From Octopus bimaculoides (lineage: Eukaryota): a stretch of DNA of 64,000 nt. Both the position numbers and the translations under genes were made by a program. The stretch is taken from NCBI RefSeq assembly GCF_001194135.2, contig NC_069000.1:29814547-29878546 (forward strand). Reading direction: 5' to 3'. Below are positions 10,845 to 23,249 of this stretch, piece by piece. The first letter of the stretch is position 1. Every line of letters begins with the position of its first letter. Below the pieces are notes generated by a model. It made no database searches. It saw only the letters and a program-made list of their open reading frames with translations, and had not been told where the DNA came from.

Positions 10845-13630
10845 GTAAGAATCACTCAAACTTACCTCTTTTGGACATGTATAATTCTTTGTGTGTGTAT
10901 GTGTGTGTGTGTGTTTCTGTCTGTGTCTTTGAGTGTATGTGTCTTCTATTGTATGTGCATAATAGTGTGTCTGCTAAGGACTATAGCATGCTCTTCAACA
11001 TGCACAGGTTTATGTATAGTGTATGTAGGATGGGAGTGAAGGGGCATGGCTCAGTGGTTAGAGCATCAAAATCATGAGTTTTTTAAGTTTGATTCCTGGT
11101 GCAAGCTGTGTGTTGTGTTCTTGAGCAAGACACTGTATTTCATGTTGCTCCAGTTCACTCAGCTGTAGAAATGAGTTGTAACATAACTGTGTCAGCTTTT
11201 GCCTTTCCCTTGAATAACATCGGTGACATGAAGAGGGGAGGCTGGTATGCTTGGGCAACTGCTGGTCTTCCAGAAAACAACCTATTTTGCAGTCTAGGTT
11301 CTGATGTAGTCCTGGGTAAGACATTAAATTGCATCTGGTGGTGAGGCTTCAGTTTGGAACTTCTGGAGTTGTGGGGAGCATCAAGTCACTCCTTAATTAC
11401 CATTACTCCCAGGTCTGTTCTGACCCAGAACAGTAGTTTTTGTTAGGGTCCCATCTATGAGTTAAATAGATTTTTATAAGAGTAGATTGAGCTTCTTAGC
11501 TGCAGTGAAAGCAATCAATTTAGAAGAATGAAAACTCCAAAGTTAATACCTTCTTCTAACATGACCTAAGCCAGTATGGAAAAGTATGGCTGATGAAACT
11601 AATGTTTTTTTTGTTTTTTTTTTGCTGCTTTCATAGCACTATCAATCTCATGAAATTGGAAGTATTAATAGAATTAAGGATTTTTTTTTGTCTTTTTCTA
11701 TTTCATAAATTCTTTTTTTTTTTATAAGTATTTTTTAACAATGAATTTTAATATTCATGATTCTTGGTTTCTAGTGTCCAAATCTTTGAGGAAAAAATGG
11801 TGTTTCTACCTGGGAATTATTTGTTTGATACTCTCAATTTCCTGGAAATAATTTATAGAATGTTGACAGCCTCTAGTTGTGACCGTCTCTATGTTGTGTT
11901 TGATGTTGTCATTTTGGTGTTTGTTTGGGCTGAGTAGGATGGATGGCATTTTTGAAATGGTGTTCTATGATGGTGGCGTTTAGTTCCCGAGCAGCCCTGA
12001 TTGAACAGACTAAATTACACTTCATGACACTAATTTTTTTAGCAAACCTTACTTAAGGTACATCTTGCTTGCTTGCTTCATGCTCTTGGAGCTGGGGTCA
12101 TCCCAAGTTAGTGCTCCTAGAGATGTCATCATGCATAGAGCTGACCAGGTCCCCTAGTGCTGTCCATTGCTGGCAGTCCCATGTTAGCCCCTCTGTATAT
12201 CCTCTATGGTGACATTAAACCTCTGGAGATCTTCCCCAGTCATGTTCAGCCATCTGGTGTGGGGCCTGACATGAGGCCTCTTCTAGCCCATGATATTAGT
12301 CAAGTTTAGAGTGCTCTTTATGGAATATGAAATTCATTTCGCTCTTTCATGTCTACACTTTTATCTATAAGATATCTCACATATACTACATTTCCAGAAG
12401 AAAGTGTCTAATCTTGTGATATTGCATGTAATTTATTAATATACTAAACTATGATTAGTCACTGTTAAAATAACAAATTACTGTATACAATATGTGGAAC
12501 GAATCTTGGCCTCCAAGTTTCACTTTGAAGTAATCTTTGTATCTTATTTGTATGAGTGCTGTGATGTTTCTTTTAGTTCTTGAATGCATATTTCCCACAG
12601 AAGCAACAAAAATGATCTGTCATTGCGACATACATGTCTTGAAGCAATGCAAAGTAGAGAAATAAAAGACAACATTCCACAATGTACAGAGCAATTACCA
12701 ATTTGATACAAGTCACGAAAACACCCAAAACATGCATATAAATCAAAGTGTTCTAAAAATAGGTCATGACCTAATATGTGTTATATCTACTTTTACAGCT
12801 CTCTCTCATTAAAGGTTGTCACAATCAAAAGCATTCTTAAATGACTAATAGAAACACACTCCATTAAATTTTTGTAAATTTGGTATGTAGTTGGTCATCT
12901 TGTAGATCAAAACCTAGTTGTGATGGAGCAAAATTGACTTTGTATTCAGAAAGAGCATCCTAAAATTAGCTAAAATCACTCTAATTATTTCTTGCTAAAG
13001 TAACTTTTTTTTTCATTTTATCATGCTGTGTTGAGACTATGAATTTCCCATCTTGTTTTCAGGCATAATTAATTAAGGACTTAATTAATCCAATATGCCT
13101 GTCCTTTAGCTTTAAATGGTGTGAATTGAGGCAGATTTGGTTACTTTTCAGCGGGTCATTGGCCTTAGTTGTGGCTAATGATATAGGCTAGTGGTATTGC
13201 TGTTGTGAATATATGCTGGGGTTAATTTAATTGATTCACTCCTTTTCCTTAAAACTGCTGGCATTATTCCTAAATTAGAAACAATATTGTTGTTGCTGTT
13301 GTATTTGTAAAATTATTTTGCTGCTATGTCATGGTTTCAACTCTTTTAATACCAACTCACCTGACACTACCTCTAGTTCTACGATATAAATTCTCTGTTT
13401 AAAGTGATTTAAATTAAAAACTTCCATTAAAATTTTGTTAATTTACATTCAAAACATCAGCTTAATATAACAAATTTATTTTACTAAGTTCTTCATTATT
13501 TTCAAAATTTATTGAAATTCAAGGCAGTGTGTTTCAACAGAAGCATGGTAACAAAAGTGTTAACATTGTGTTCTGTAATCTTGAATGTTATGTAATTTCA
13601 ATAGTTGTGTTATGTGTGCAGGATTGCTGT

Positions 13631-13860
13631 TGCAGAGTGCCATGAGTACAACGTTAGCCTCCCAACATTTCACCAATTCAGTGGCATCCTCCCACCTTGC
13701 TATGTGTATTCTGTTATTGTTCCAGCAAATCAACAATGAGGTATTGCCATCCCAGCGTGCCATAAGCATTCTGTTATTGTCCCAGCATGTCACAAGTGTT
13801 ATCTGATAGTCTCTGTATCCTACACACATTCTGTTATGATCCTAGTGTGTTAAATGCTGC
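13631..13860. repeat. Degenerate 30-bp minisatellite with 60-bp higher-order period
   Basis: CCCA(G/A/C)C-like motif at 13661, 13691, 13721, 13751 and 13781. ATTCTGTTAT at 13708, 13768 and 13828. Confidence 0.8.
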
Positions 13861-14472
13861 AATCTTGTGTCACTGTCTCCACTACACCACAACCATTGTT
13901 TTACCGTCCTCTGCCAGTGTGTCTCATACACATTGTGTGACTGTTCTAGTGTATCGCAAGCATTGAATTACTGTCCTTAGTGTGGTGGCATGAGTATTAA
14001 GACCTCAAGCCATATTTCTATGAAGACAGTAGTTAACTGTTATTTGTTATGTAAGGAAACATATTTTCTGATATCCCAAAGATTCCATCAGTTTGCAAAT
14101 GCTTCTTGATGCAGACATGGTAGAATAGTTGAGTATTTTGCCTTGAAACCAACCATGAGGCTCTGGGTTTAATCTCGTGATGCAGTAGTGTGGGCAAATG
14201 TCTTCTTCTATGGATTCAGGTCAATTAAAGACTTGTGAATGAAACTGGATGGATAGAAATTGTGTGAAAGCTCATAAATGTACTCTGCTGGTCACTCAAA
14301 AACCCTTACCGTGTTCATCAAGCAACTGTAATCCTCATCATTGAAATTGATGGAGGATCCATATAGAAAAGTTTCCTTGTCTCTTTATCTTTCCATTATA
14401 GCTGAATTGTTTCTCAGAGTATTTGACACGCATGTTTGACTCATTACTAAATGAAACCAAAATTCTTTTCAG

Positions 14473-14645
14473 CCTACATATGCCAAGCTGTCAGTGTGAT
14501 GACTTTCCAGTTGATGTTAATTCTTCTTGGCAAAGGGTTCACCATTACAAGGGGTTACATCAGTCAAATAGGCTCCATCAAGGTTGCTGTATTCATGACA
14601 GTCTATGTTTTCATCTATGTTGGAATATTCATCTGGGAAGCTGAG
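14473..14645 (+). CDS. TMEM145: TMEM145 exon
   Basis: cttttcag|CC...GAG|gtaag, phase 1-0. Reads LMLILLGKGFTITRGYISQIGSIKVAVFMTVY...IWEAE, the family hallmark LMLILLGKGFT.TR. Confidence 0.95.
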
Positions 14646-16169
14646 GTAAGCATTCTTTCATTTTTTTTCCATTTCATTTCTTTCTGCAAGCTGTTGTCTG
14701 ATTCTTAGGACTGACTGACCTGTGCTTGACTGACATCTTCATCTTAGTCTTTGAAGATGATTTTTGTCCAAATATTTCATTCAATTAACAAAACTTGCTA
14801 AAATAGCAACCAGATCTCCTTCAAATCACCATCTTAAACTAGGGAAGGGCACATTAGATAATGTAGTTCTAAATTAGCTGAATGCTCACAGCTGGAACTC
14901 CTTTGGTCATAAGTGTACTTTATCAGTGTTCACTGGGAAATGGTGGTGGTAGAGATTAAACAACAACAATTTGTCCTTCTGCCACTCACTTATGATTGAA
15001 ACATTAACTGAAATTAGACTGGAAAAAAAATCTTCAAACAAAAGTACTTTTGAAATTGAAATAATCAGTATAACTGGCACTCCATCAGTTACTACAAGTG
15101 TTCCAGTTGATCCAATCAAAGGATCTGCCTACTCATCAATTTAACGTACAAGTGGTTGAGTACTCCACAAACACTTGTACCCTTAACGTAGTTCTCAGGG
15201 AGATTCACCATGACACAGAATGTGACAAGGCTGGACTTTTGAATTACAGGTTCAATTCATTTTTGCCAGCCAAGTGAATTGGAGCAGCGTGGAATAAAGT
15301 GTCTTGCTCAAGGACACAATGCGCTGTTGAGAATCAAACTCATGACCTTACGACCATGAGCTGAATACCCTAACCACTAAGCCATGCACCTTCACTAAAA
15401 GTGTGGAGAATACGAGTACAAATGGTAGAGGTGAGTACTGGTATTGTAGCTATGATGTTAAATGAAAAGGAAACGTAAAAGACATCATCTAAAGACTTAC
15501 AACTTTATACTAAAAGGTGTGATTTCTGAGTGAGGCAGAAGATGATAGGAAAACCTGGAAAAAGGTGGTAAAATTTGGTCTTAAGAAGCTGGATGTCTTG
15601 GAAATGACAAAGGACTGCAACAAATCTAGACACTGTGCTAGAAAAGACTCATCAAACCTATGCAAATATGGAAAAGCAGACCTGAAAATGATGACGATGA
15701 CATTGGACAATGTTGCTTTGGATACATATATATAAAAAAAAAAGATGGATAGTCATAGCAAGATCGTCTTTACGCAATCAGCACTGACCTAGGGCTGAAA
15801 AAACAACAACAAACAGCCCTGCTATGCATTGCCCTCATTCTGTGTTTGCCACCTTACAGTCATCCTTGTTGTTGTTGGCATCTGACTTTTTAGCCAGTGG
15901 AACCTGCCACAAGAACTGAAGGAGTAAATGTCCCAGTCTGGTTGAAAAAGATAGCAAGCTGACAGAATTGTTAGCACACCAGGCAAAATGCTTAGCAGTA
16001 TTTCATCTGTCCTTATGTTCTGAGTTCAAATTCCGCCAAGGTTGACTTTGCCTTTCATTATTTCAGGGTCATTAAAATGAGTACCATTTGAGTACTGGAG
16101 TCAATGTAATCAACTTTGTGAACTTGCTGGCCTTGAGCTAAATTTGAAACCAATATTATACTCCTTTAG

Positions 16170-16870
16170 TATGATGCCAGTCACTTGGTTTCCTGAGTCT
16201 GACGTAATGGTGATGTTATCCATGTGTGCAGGCATTGTTCTCCTGTGTCCCAGTTTGAGTAGAATCTTCCACAATGTCTCCAAATTCTGCAGCTATGACT
16301 CCAGGGCCAAAACACAGAGAACAGATGAGATAGGGTACCTTTGTTGGGTTAAGTATGTGATACAAAATAATTTCAATAGGTGGCCATTTAGTTTGACTAC
16401 TGGAGAAATGTCCTTATACATTGTAGGGATCCAGCCTCTGAAAGCAGTACTGAATCCAGTTATGCTTAGAACAGCTATGAGTGAGTCAGCACTATATCTG
16501 GGCTCCGGTGAGGTTCCTCTCAGTTTAAACCAGCCTAAAGCATTTAACAGGGTTAGCCATTGCTATTTGGTAGCTGTCCTAAGCATAGCCAGATTTGGTA
16601 CTGTTTTCAGAGGCTGGATCCCTACAGTGTACAGTGACATCTCTATACTTATTGCATGAGGTGGAAATTTTTGTAGTAAATCTGTCAAAGTTTTATATAA
16701 CAGATAAGTGCCAACCTCTTGATGAGCTCCTTTTGCTAAAATATTTACCTCTGTGTTAGAGTTATGGATCTGAAGTTGCCTATTGTGAAACTCTGATTGG
16801 ATCCTTCCTTAGCAGCATCAGTACTCTTTGGCTCACATGAATGGGAATGCTCCCATTTACAGTAGGCAGC
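16170..16870. mobile_element. Tx1/L1-clade RT fragments in -, +, - arrangement
   Basis: - strand 16870-16680: LLRKDP and NFRSITL-like motifs. + strand 16500-16660: LNQPKAFNRV..YLVAVL...FRGWI. - strand 16490-16170: FRGWI..VVKLNGH, a QGCPLS relic and a YADD relic (HMDN). Confidence 0.75.
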
Positions 16871-18858
16871 TGAAGTGTCTGACATATAACAGTAATGTTT
16901 GTAGAACAGGCCATCTTGTTTGACTTGAAAATTGCAGCGTCTTCATCCACAAATAAGGAAGTCTTTCTATGGTTGAAGCTTTTTTCCCTTAAACTGCCAG
17001 ACTTTGGAACTCTCTTCCATCTCATTGTTTTCCTCCTTTTTATGACCTGAACAGTTTTCAAATCTAAAGTAAATTCATTCCTTTCGTCATTATTTCTACT
17101 TCTTCATGGTCCTTTATACTAAGTGGCTTCTTGCTTTGTTTTGAGACTTTTTGGCAATTTGCCCATCTTACATCCACTTAACAGGTTTATTACTTCCTAT
17201 ACTGAAATTGGCAAAACTATTGAGGTAAATATCAAAGTCCACCATCTCCAGTTCATTGTTTCTTATGAATAGTTTGTCAAAGTGTTGCTGAAACACTGAA
17301 CACATCTGTTTTGAACTAAATGGGAAGTGCCTGCTGTGGTGTATCAAAGATCAAAGTGTGGCTTTATGCAACACTGTGTCTCTCCTATCCAATCACATGA
17401 AATGATTTTGCTGTCATATTTCAGAGAATGTGCTCTAGCATCCTTTGTTTAACATCAATAAAAATGACCAAGAGACATTCTCACCACAAGCACATTTTAA
17501 GTGATTGCTTTTCCATTTGCTTCTTTTAATCAGTTGACAAACTCTTCCTCTACTCTACAGTTCTTTATTACTGCATCTATCTAAAACTGACAGATTTTGA
17601 TCTAATTTTCGTTTTCAGTGAGACCACCATCTGTTATTAAAAAACTGCATGCATTAATTCTCATTTAAATAATATTTAAGTCACTGAAAACTGTTGATGC
17701 TGGGAAAGACATATTTACTTTCCACAGCCTATAAACCTATTTATTAGTCTTGTCTTAGTTGACTGTACGGATTACTAATTTTGGTCTACTACTCAAAACT
17801 GTGGACAATTTACTCTACTCTGTTGGTAAGTATGGCCTGGATAACTCGCATAGTGTGTCTGTGTCTACATTGGAGTATAATGAAAATCCAGGTGATTATC
17901 TACCTAAGAAATGGAAATACCTTTGCAGGTTTGCATGGCTTTGATAATCATCTCTCCTATCCGTCATTTCCACGCAATTCCTGTGTGAGTCTAAGATGCC
18001 ATTTCACTTGCTAACATTGAGATGTTCCTAGTGAAGACTGCAGATGTTTGAAGAAATCTAACATTCCAGAACCAGTTGGAGCATATATATATATATGTAA
18101 AACCACCTTAAAACTTAGCAGGACATTCCAGGAGTATGGAATGTCATGTTAAGACAGTGGAAAATAAAGACTTCTCAGTACCTAACAAAACAGAAGTGGG
18201 TATAGTGGTTGAGAAGTTGATGACTCAACTGAGGTGAGGGATTTTGGATTACAGTACAAGAGTAAAGCTTTTCCATCAGCATTGGAAACTATTAAAAGCA
18301 TAATGAAACAGAATACAATAATTGTAAAATATGGGGATGGGTCAAAGTAAGAAATAATAGGCCACATTGTCTCTGCCCATTTTAACCGAAAGAAATATAT
18401 AGAGACATGACAGAATTGTAGCTATCATACATTAGAAATGTTGCTAGCATTGTGAAAAGCCAATGGAAAAGAGATACCAAAATAGACCAAAACAAGTTTC
18501 AGAGGATGACAAAGTGGTCAATTCTGTGTGACAACCATTTCATAGAGGTAGGGAGGAAGTTAAGGTAAATCATCCAGACATTGTTAAAGACTATCAGAAA
18601 AAAGTTTCCTTATTGCTGTATGAATTCCAGCTCAGAGCAATGTATCTCTAAAAGTAATGGTGGAGTTATCCAAATATAATGATCTGCAAATAGAGGTAAC
18701 CAGAAAGTTGGATTGCAAACATAACTATGCTCATGTTAATGGGTTCTCTAAAAATGATAGAAATGAAATTGGACAAATACATAACTTAAACACCAGAATT
18801 TAAACTTAACATAGAGGAAATAGCACTATTGGGCACTAAACATATTTTTTTTATTTAT

Positions 18859-19135
18859 GTGCCCTTTTCAAGCCTAGCCAGGCTCATGGGCCCGGTTTCC
18901 CGGTTTCTATGGCGTATGTGTTCCCTGCAGCTGAAGAAACACGAAGAAAGAGTGAGAGAAAGTTGGGGCGAAAGAGTACAACAGGGGTCGCCACCCCCCA
19001 CTCCCTACCGGAGCATTGTGCAGTTTTAGGTGTTTTCGCTCAATAAACACACACAATGCCTGGTCTGGGAATTGAAACCGCAATCCTCTGACCGCAAGTC
19101 CACTGCCCTAACCACTGGGCCATTGCGCCTCCACA
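18859..19135 (-). repeat. tRNA-derived SINE (family E, single copy in this window)
   Basis: On -: GGAGGCGCAATGGCCCAGTGGTTAGGGCAG...GGTTTCAATTCCC tRNA-like head with a non-tRNA body. Confidence 0.7.
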
Positions 19136-19221
19136 CTGAACATATACCACGTTGAATACCTCTGTGTTGACACACAATACTTGTTTACAGAAAAATATCA
19201 ACAACAGGTACTACACATGTA

Positions 19222-19408
19222 TTATCTTTTACCTTTTACTCGTTTCAGTCATTAGATTGTGGCCATGCTGGGGCCGGCTTTAAGAAATTTTAGTCAGATG
19301 ATTTCACCCCAGCACTTATTTTTCTTAAACCTATCAGTCTCTTTTTCTGAACCACTAAGTTTTGGGCATTAAACACACTAACACTAGTTGTCAAGTGGTG
19401 GTGGTGGA

Positions 19409-19443
<35 letters not shown>

Positions 19444-19599
19444 GGGCTTATTTCAGTTACCATCTACCAAATCCACTCGCAAGGCTTTGGTTGGCCCAAG
19501 GCTATAGTAAGAGACACCCAAAGTGTCAGGCAATGGGATTGAACCTGGAACCACGTGGTTGGGAAGCATGCTGCTTACCACACAGCCATGCCTGCACCT
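19222..19599 (-). repeat. SINE family B with internal (CA)n; other copies at about 6440-6570(-), 7415-7611(+), 8850-9065(+), 9944-10238(-), 28944-29305(-), 33332-33690(+), 54395-54770(+), 63335-63590(+)
   Basis: GGCTGTGTGGTAAGAAGC head, GGTTC(C)AGTCCCA B-box-like motif and GGCACCTTGGGCAAGTGTCTTCTACTATAGC body. Confidence 0.85.
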
Positions 19600-19752
19600 T
19601 CAGTTAGGTAGAGTACTTTCAATACAATAAAAATTATGTAAACAAAACACTGCACATAACCCAAGTGACACAGTTGCATTTGATTGTACATTGAAAGCAT
19701 GCAATAATGTTGAAACTATTAAAATAATAATAATAATAATAAGAAGAAGAAT

Positions 19753-20083
19753 AGTGAAGGCGCATGGTTCAGTGGTTAGAGCACTGGGCTCACAATCACA
19801 AGGTAGTGAGATTGATTCTCAGACTGGGCTCTGTGTTGTGTTCTTGAGCAAGACACTTTATTTTCATGTTGCTCCAGTTCATTTAGCTGTAGAAATGAGT
19901 GCAATGTCACTGGTGCCATGCTGTATCAGCTTTTGCCTTTCCCTTGGATAACATCAGTGGCATGGAGAGGGGAGGCTGGTATGCCCAGGTGACTGCTGGT
20001 CTTCCCGAAAACAACCTTGTGCCTAGGATGGGGACTGTCTAGGTGTATCCCATAGTCATTCATGACCGAAGGGATCTTTACCC
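19753..20083 (+). repeat. SINE family C; second copy at about 11037-11290(+)
   Basis: A-box TGGTTCAGTGGTTAGAGC, then GTTCTTGAGCAAGACACT and GCCTTTCCCTTG body shared by both copies. Confidence 0.8.
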
Positions 20084-20671
20084 TTTTTTTTAGTGGGGCA
20101 TGAAAGTGTAAACAATACCTGCATGATAAAAAAACAAAACATATGAACAAAAATGTAAAAGTTATACCTGGATTCTCAACACTACACACTGTCCAAAAAA
20201 TTACCCTGCTAGAAACAACCCACATTCTTTGCAAGATACTATCAATTCAGTAATACAACCTAAACAAAACAATCCACAACACAAGACGCACTCTATACAG
20301 CAAATATCCAATGAAATAAACTACCACCATCAGGTCAAATACCCAATGCATTATACACAACACAATACAAACATTAATACAACAAAAGACTGTACCTCAC
20401 CCTATAAAAAAAAAACTGATGCAATACAATACTGGGAAGAGTTTGCACATTCCCAACAACAAAAAAGAACACCATGCTGCACACGCCCCAGCAGCACAGA
20501 AGTGTAGCAGGTGATGCAGTAGAAATTTGCCTGAACCTACCAAATGTTCAGCAACAACAACAATAATAGCAGCAGCAGCAACAACAACAACAACAACAAA
20601 ACAACAACAACAATCTAAATTTAATTTTGTATGTTATTAAAAAGATTCTGATGTTTTCTTTTCTTTACCAG

Positions 20672-20844
20672 TTTTTTGATCCTGGCATTGTGCTGTACCG
20701 CTATGAAAGCCCTCCTGGTTATGGGCTGATTGGTATGCGAGTTGTTGGATGGTTGTGGTTTTGCTATGCCATTGTTACGACAATCAAGCATCACATTGAA
20801 AAACTATCTTTTTATATTTTCTTCTTTTTTGTTTTTACGCTCTG
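20672..20844 (+). CDS. TMEM145: TMEM145 exon
   Basis: ctttaccag|TTT...CTG|gtgagt, phase 0-2. Reads FFDPGIVLYRYESPPGYGLIGMRVVGWLWFCYAI...EKLSFY (cf. [20 protein letters not shown]). Confidence 0.95.
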
Positions 20845-21319
20845 GTGAGTTTGTTTCTTCATTTTCTCTTTTCATTCCTTTTCATTCATATTTTAGTGCT
20901 CTTTTTTACTTTTTGGCCCCACTCTAAAATGTGTCCCCCTAATTTTAGGGCTTGATAAATGAAGTCACTACTTACAACTACTTTTATATTTCCATTTAAT
21001 AAAAGAGGAGGAATACACTTGTGACTGAGGATGTTCATTTGGTTCTGATACTGTGTGTGTGTGTGTGTGTGTGTGTAATAAATTTGTGGAAAAGGTCATT
21101 GTATATACATATACATAACATACAGAGCCTTGTTATCACTCAGTCTTGCTACTGACTCGAGGGTCCACATCAAGTTTACTGGGAAGGTGGATGACTGGAA
21201 GAGTTGATGTAGTGTGGTCTGAATCTGCACCAGATTGATTTGGTATTTTCTACTGACAGAAAATGAACTTATTGGTGGACAGTGGTTTGAGACTGCACCC
21301 CCAGATTAAAATAGATTAT

Positions 21320-21515
21320 TCGTGACATGTCCTCTGTCTCCTGCTGGATAATCCTACCAGGGCTTTATTCTCATTTGATGCAACTACAAGGCCTCTTTGG
21401 GCTGGAAGAGGACTTGTAGCAGGCCCTGTACCTGATGGCTGAATGTGATTGGGAGAGATCTCCAGAGGCTTGACATCACCTTGAAGGATGCAGAGGGGCT
21501 GGTACCTATTACTGA
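21320..21515 (+). mobile_element. RTE-like LINE C-terminal relic, adjacent to the Helitron 5' end
   Basis: GWKRTCSRPCT*WLNVIGRDLQRLDITLKDAE (W.RP.GRP..RW.D..DL-like). A related copy lies on - at about 12150-12290. Confidence 0.55.
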
Positions 21516-21667
21516 GACATCTATATATATAATACAGAAGATGTCTGTCTATCTGTGTAACTGCATGCATTTCTACATTTTACAACCGATTTGCATCACA
21601 TTTTGTACATAGGTTTCTGAAGTCCTATTATGCGTCATAGGCTATTTTATTTTTCCATATATCGATT

Positions 21668-22551
21668 GTGGGGCCCCCCAGGGGCAGATAATCCCCTTAA
21701 GCCTCTCTCTTGGAGTCAGCAGTACTATTGCATAAATGCCCCTTAATTCCTGCAATTTGCCTCCCATCTTCACCAGAATTAATTTTTTGTTTGCTTATGG
21801 CCTACAAATAAAGTTGCAGGCATGCATTTGAACAGAAATTCAGGTAAGGGACCCCTTAGGATGGACGGGGGGTGGGGGTGGGGCAGTAAATCGATTTTGA
21901 TAAATGTTGAAGTTGATATTATCAATGCAACAAAACGCCATAACTGCTTGAGTTGGCGTTTGGTTTTCATGAAATCAGATGTATTGATTTCCCATGGCTC
22001 ACCGAGGAAGGTGAACACATGAACTTTTACTTGAACTTATCAAGGGGACTTCTAGGGGAGCAGTAAGCCCCTTTGACTTATCTATTGAAGTTCACATTAA
22101 CGCTGTATTAGTACCTGATAACTTTTGAAGTTTACGTTCAATTTTAACTTTACAGGGCACATTGGTTACCCATTGCCTAACACTGTCTATGCCCGGAACA
22201 AACAAGGGGATCCCCAGGGGGCAGTAAGCCCCGGCACGACATTTATTGAATTTGGCTATTGTAATGCAGCAAAGGGTCATAGCTTCGATAATTGGTAGTC
22301 CCATAAAATGAATTTCGACACAGATGAAGATACAGTGAGGCACATTTACTTCCATTTCAATTCAGCAAGAGGACCCCCTCGGGGACAATGAGCCTAAATT
22401 ATTAACCCATAAAAGTTCAAACTGCCACAATAAAACAGCATCAGAACCTTGGGACTTTATTATGGTTGTTGCCTGCCATAAGATAAAGTACCGTACATTC
22501 GTTATCACTTGAATTTTGCAAGGGAACCCCCTAGGGAGGGTAGTGAGCCCC
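21668..22551. repeat. Six GC-rich motifs at 153-196 bp spacing inside the Helitron
   Basis: Consensus AAGGGGACCCCCTAGGGGGCAGTAAGCCCC at 21668, 21846, 22042, 22204, 22367 and 22520. Confidence 0.8.
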
Positions 22552-23033
22552 TTTGGACCACTTTTAAAGTTCATATTATGGTTGCAGCAAAGTATTTTAA
22601 CTTCTGGAAGTAACAGTCAATTTAAATGAAAGTTGACACATCGGTTACTCATGTCCTACAAATGGAGGAGCGAATTTTTAAATCCCCTTGACCAAACTTT
22701 GGTTTACTAAGCTAACTTTAAAATGATTAATTTTGCACCTGGTTGTCTCCACTGTGTAATTGCACCACAATTAAGTGTGGAATGGGGAGTTAAATTTTTT
22801 ACCTTGAACTTTGGCATCATTTTACACCCCTAACTAAGAAAGCACAATTTAACCCAGGTGTAAATTTCAATGCCTTCTGTATGTGGATTGTACTATTTCA
22901 CAATCATACCTAAACTGTGCGAATGATTGATTAGTTTTGCACCTCACTTAAGTATGAAATAGCAACCTCTGGCCAACCACACATCAGTGAGTTGTGTTCA
23001 GCAGATTTCATCACACTTATTTGTATTATCTAA

Positions 23034-23114
23034 CCAATCAGACAACTCGAGTGTTGTTCATTAAGTGAAATCACTCCTATTTATATCAGTCAAGTCCGAC
23101 CTAGGATCACACTT
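23034..23114 (+). promoter_or_regulatory. Putative Helitron core promoter (CCAAT, TATA, Inr)
   Basis: CCAAT at 23034, TATTTATA at 23078 and TCA(+1)CACTT with A at 23109, i.e. -75 and -31. Motif and spacing evidence only. Confidence 0.35.
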
Positions 23115-23249
23115 CGTTTTTGGCTTTTGACAAGTTGTAGGTTTTTTTTACTTGCATACTCTCATAAGCTGCCCCATGTTTCTGAAATTTATGCTTCTTC
23201 AAAATTTGTCACCTTAAATGAGGTTTATTGAATGTGTTTATGGTCATAA

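Noticed and set aside
11037-11110. tRNA genes at SINE heads (also 19753, 44863, 19135)
   Set aside because: A- and B-box-like motifs are present, but there is no complete cloverleaf and each continues into a SINE body.
16144-16659. 171-aa plus-strand ORF as a nested gene
   Set aside because: A chimera of antisense and sense Tx1/L1 RT fragments.
21668-22551. CRISPR array interpretation of the motif/spacer series
   Set aside because: Eukaryotic context inside a Helitron, no cas genes, degenerate repeats, and long (120-165 nt), uneven, partly homologous spacers.
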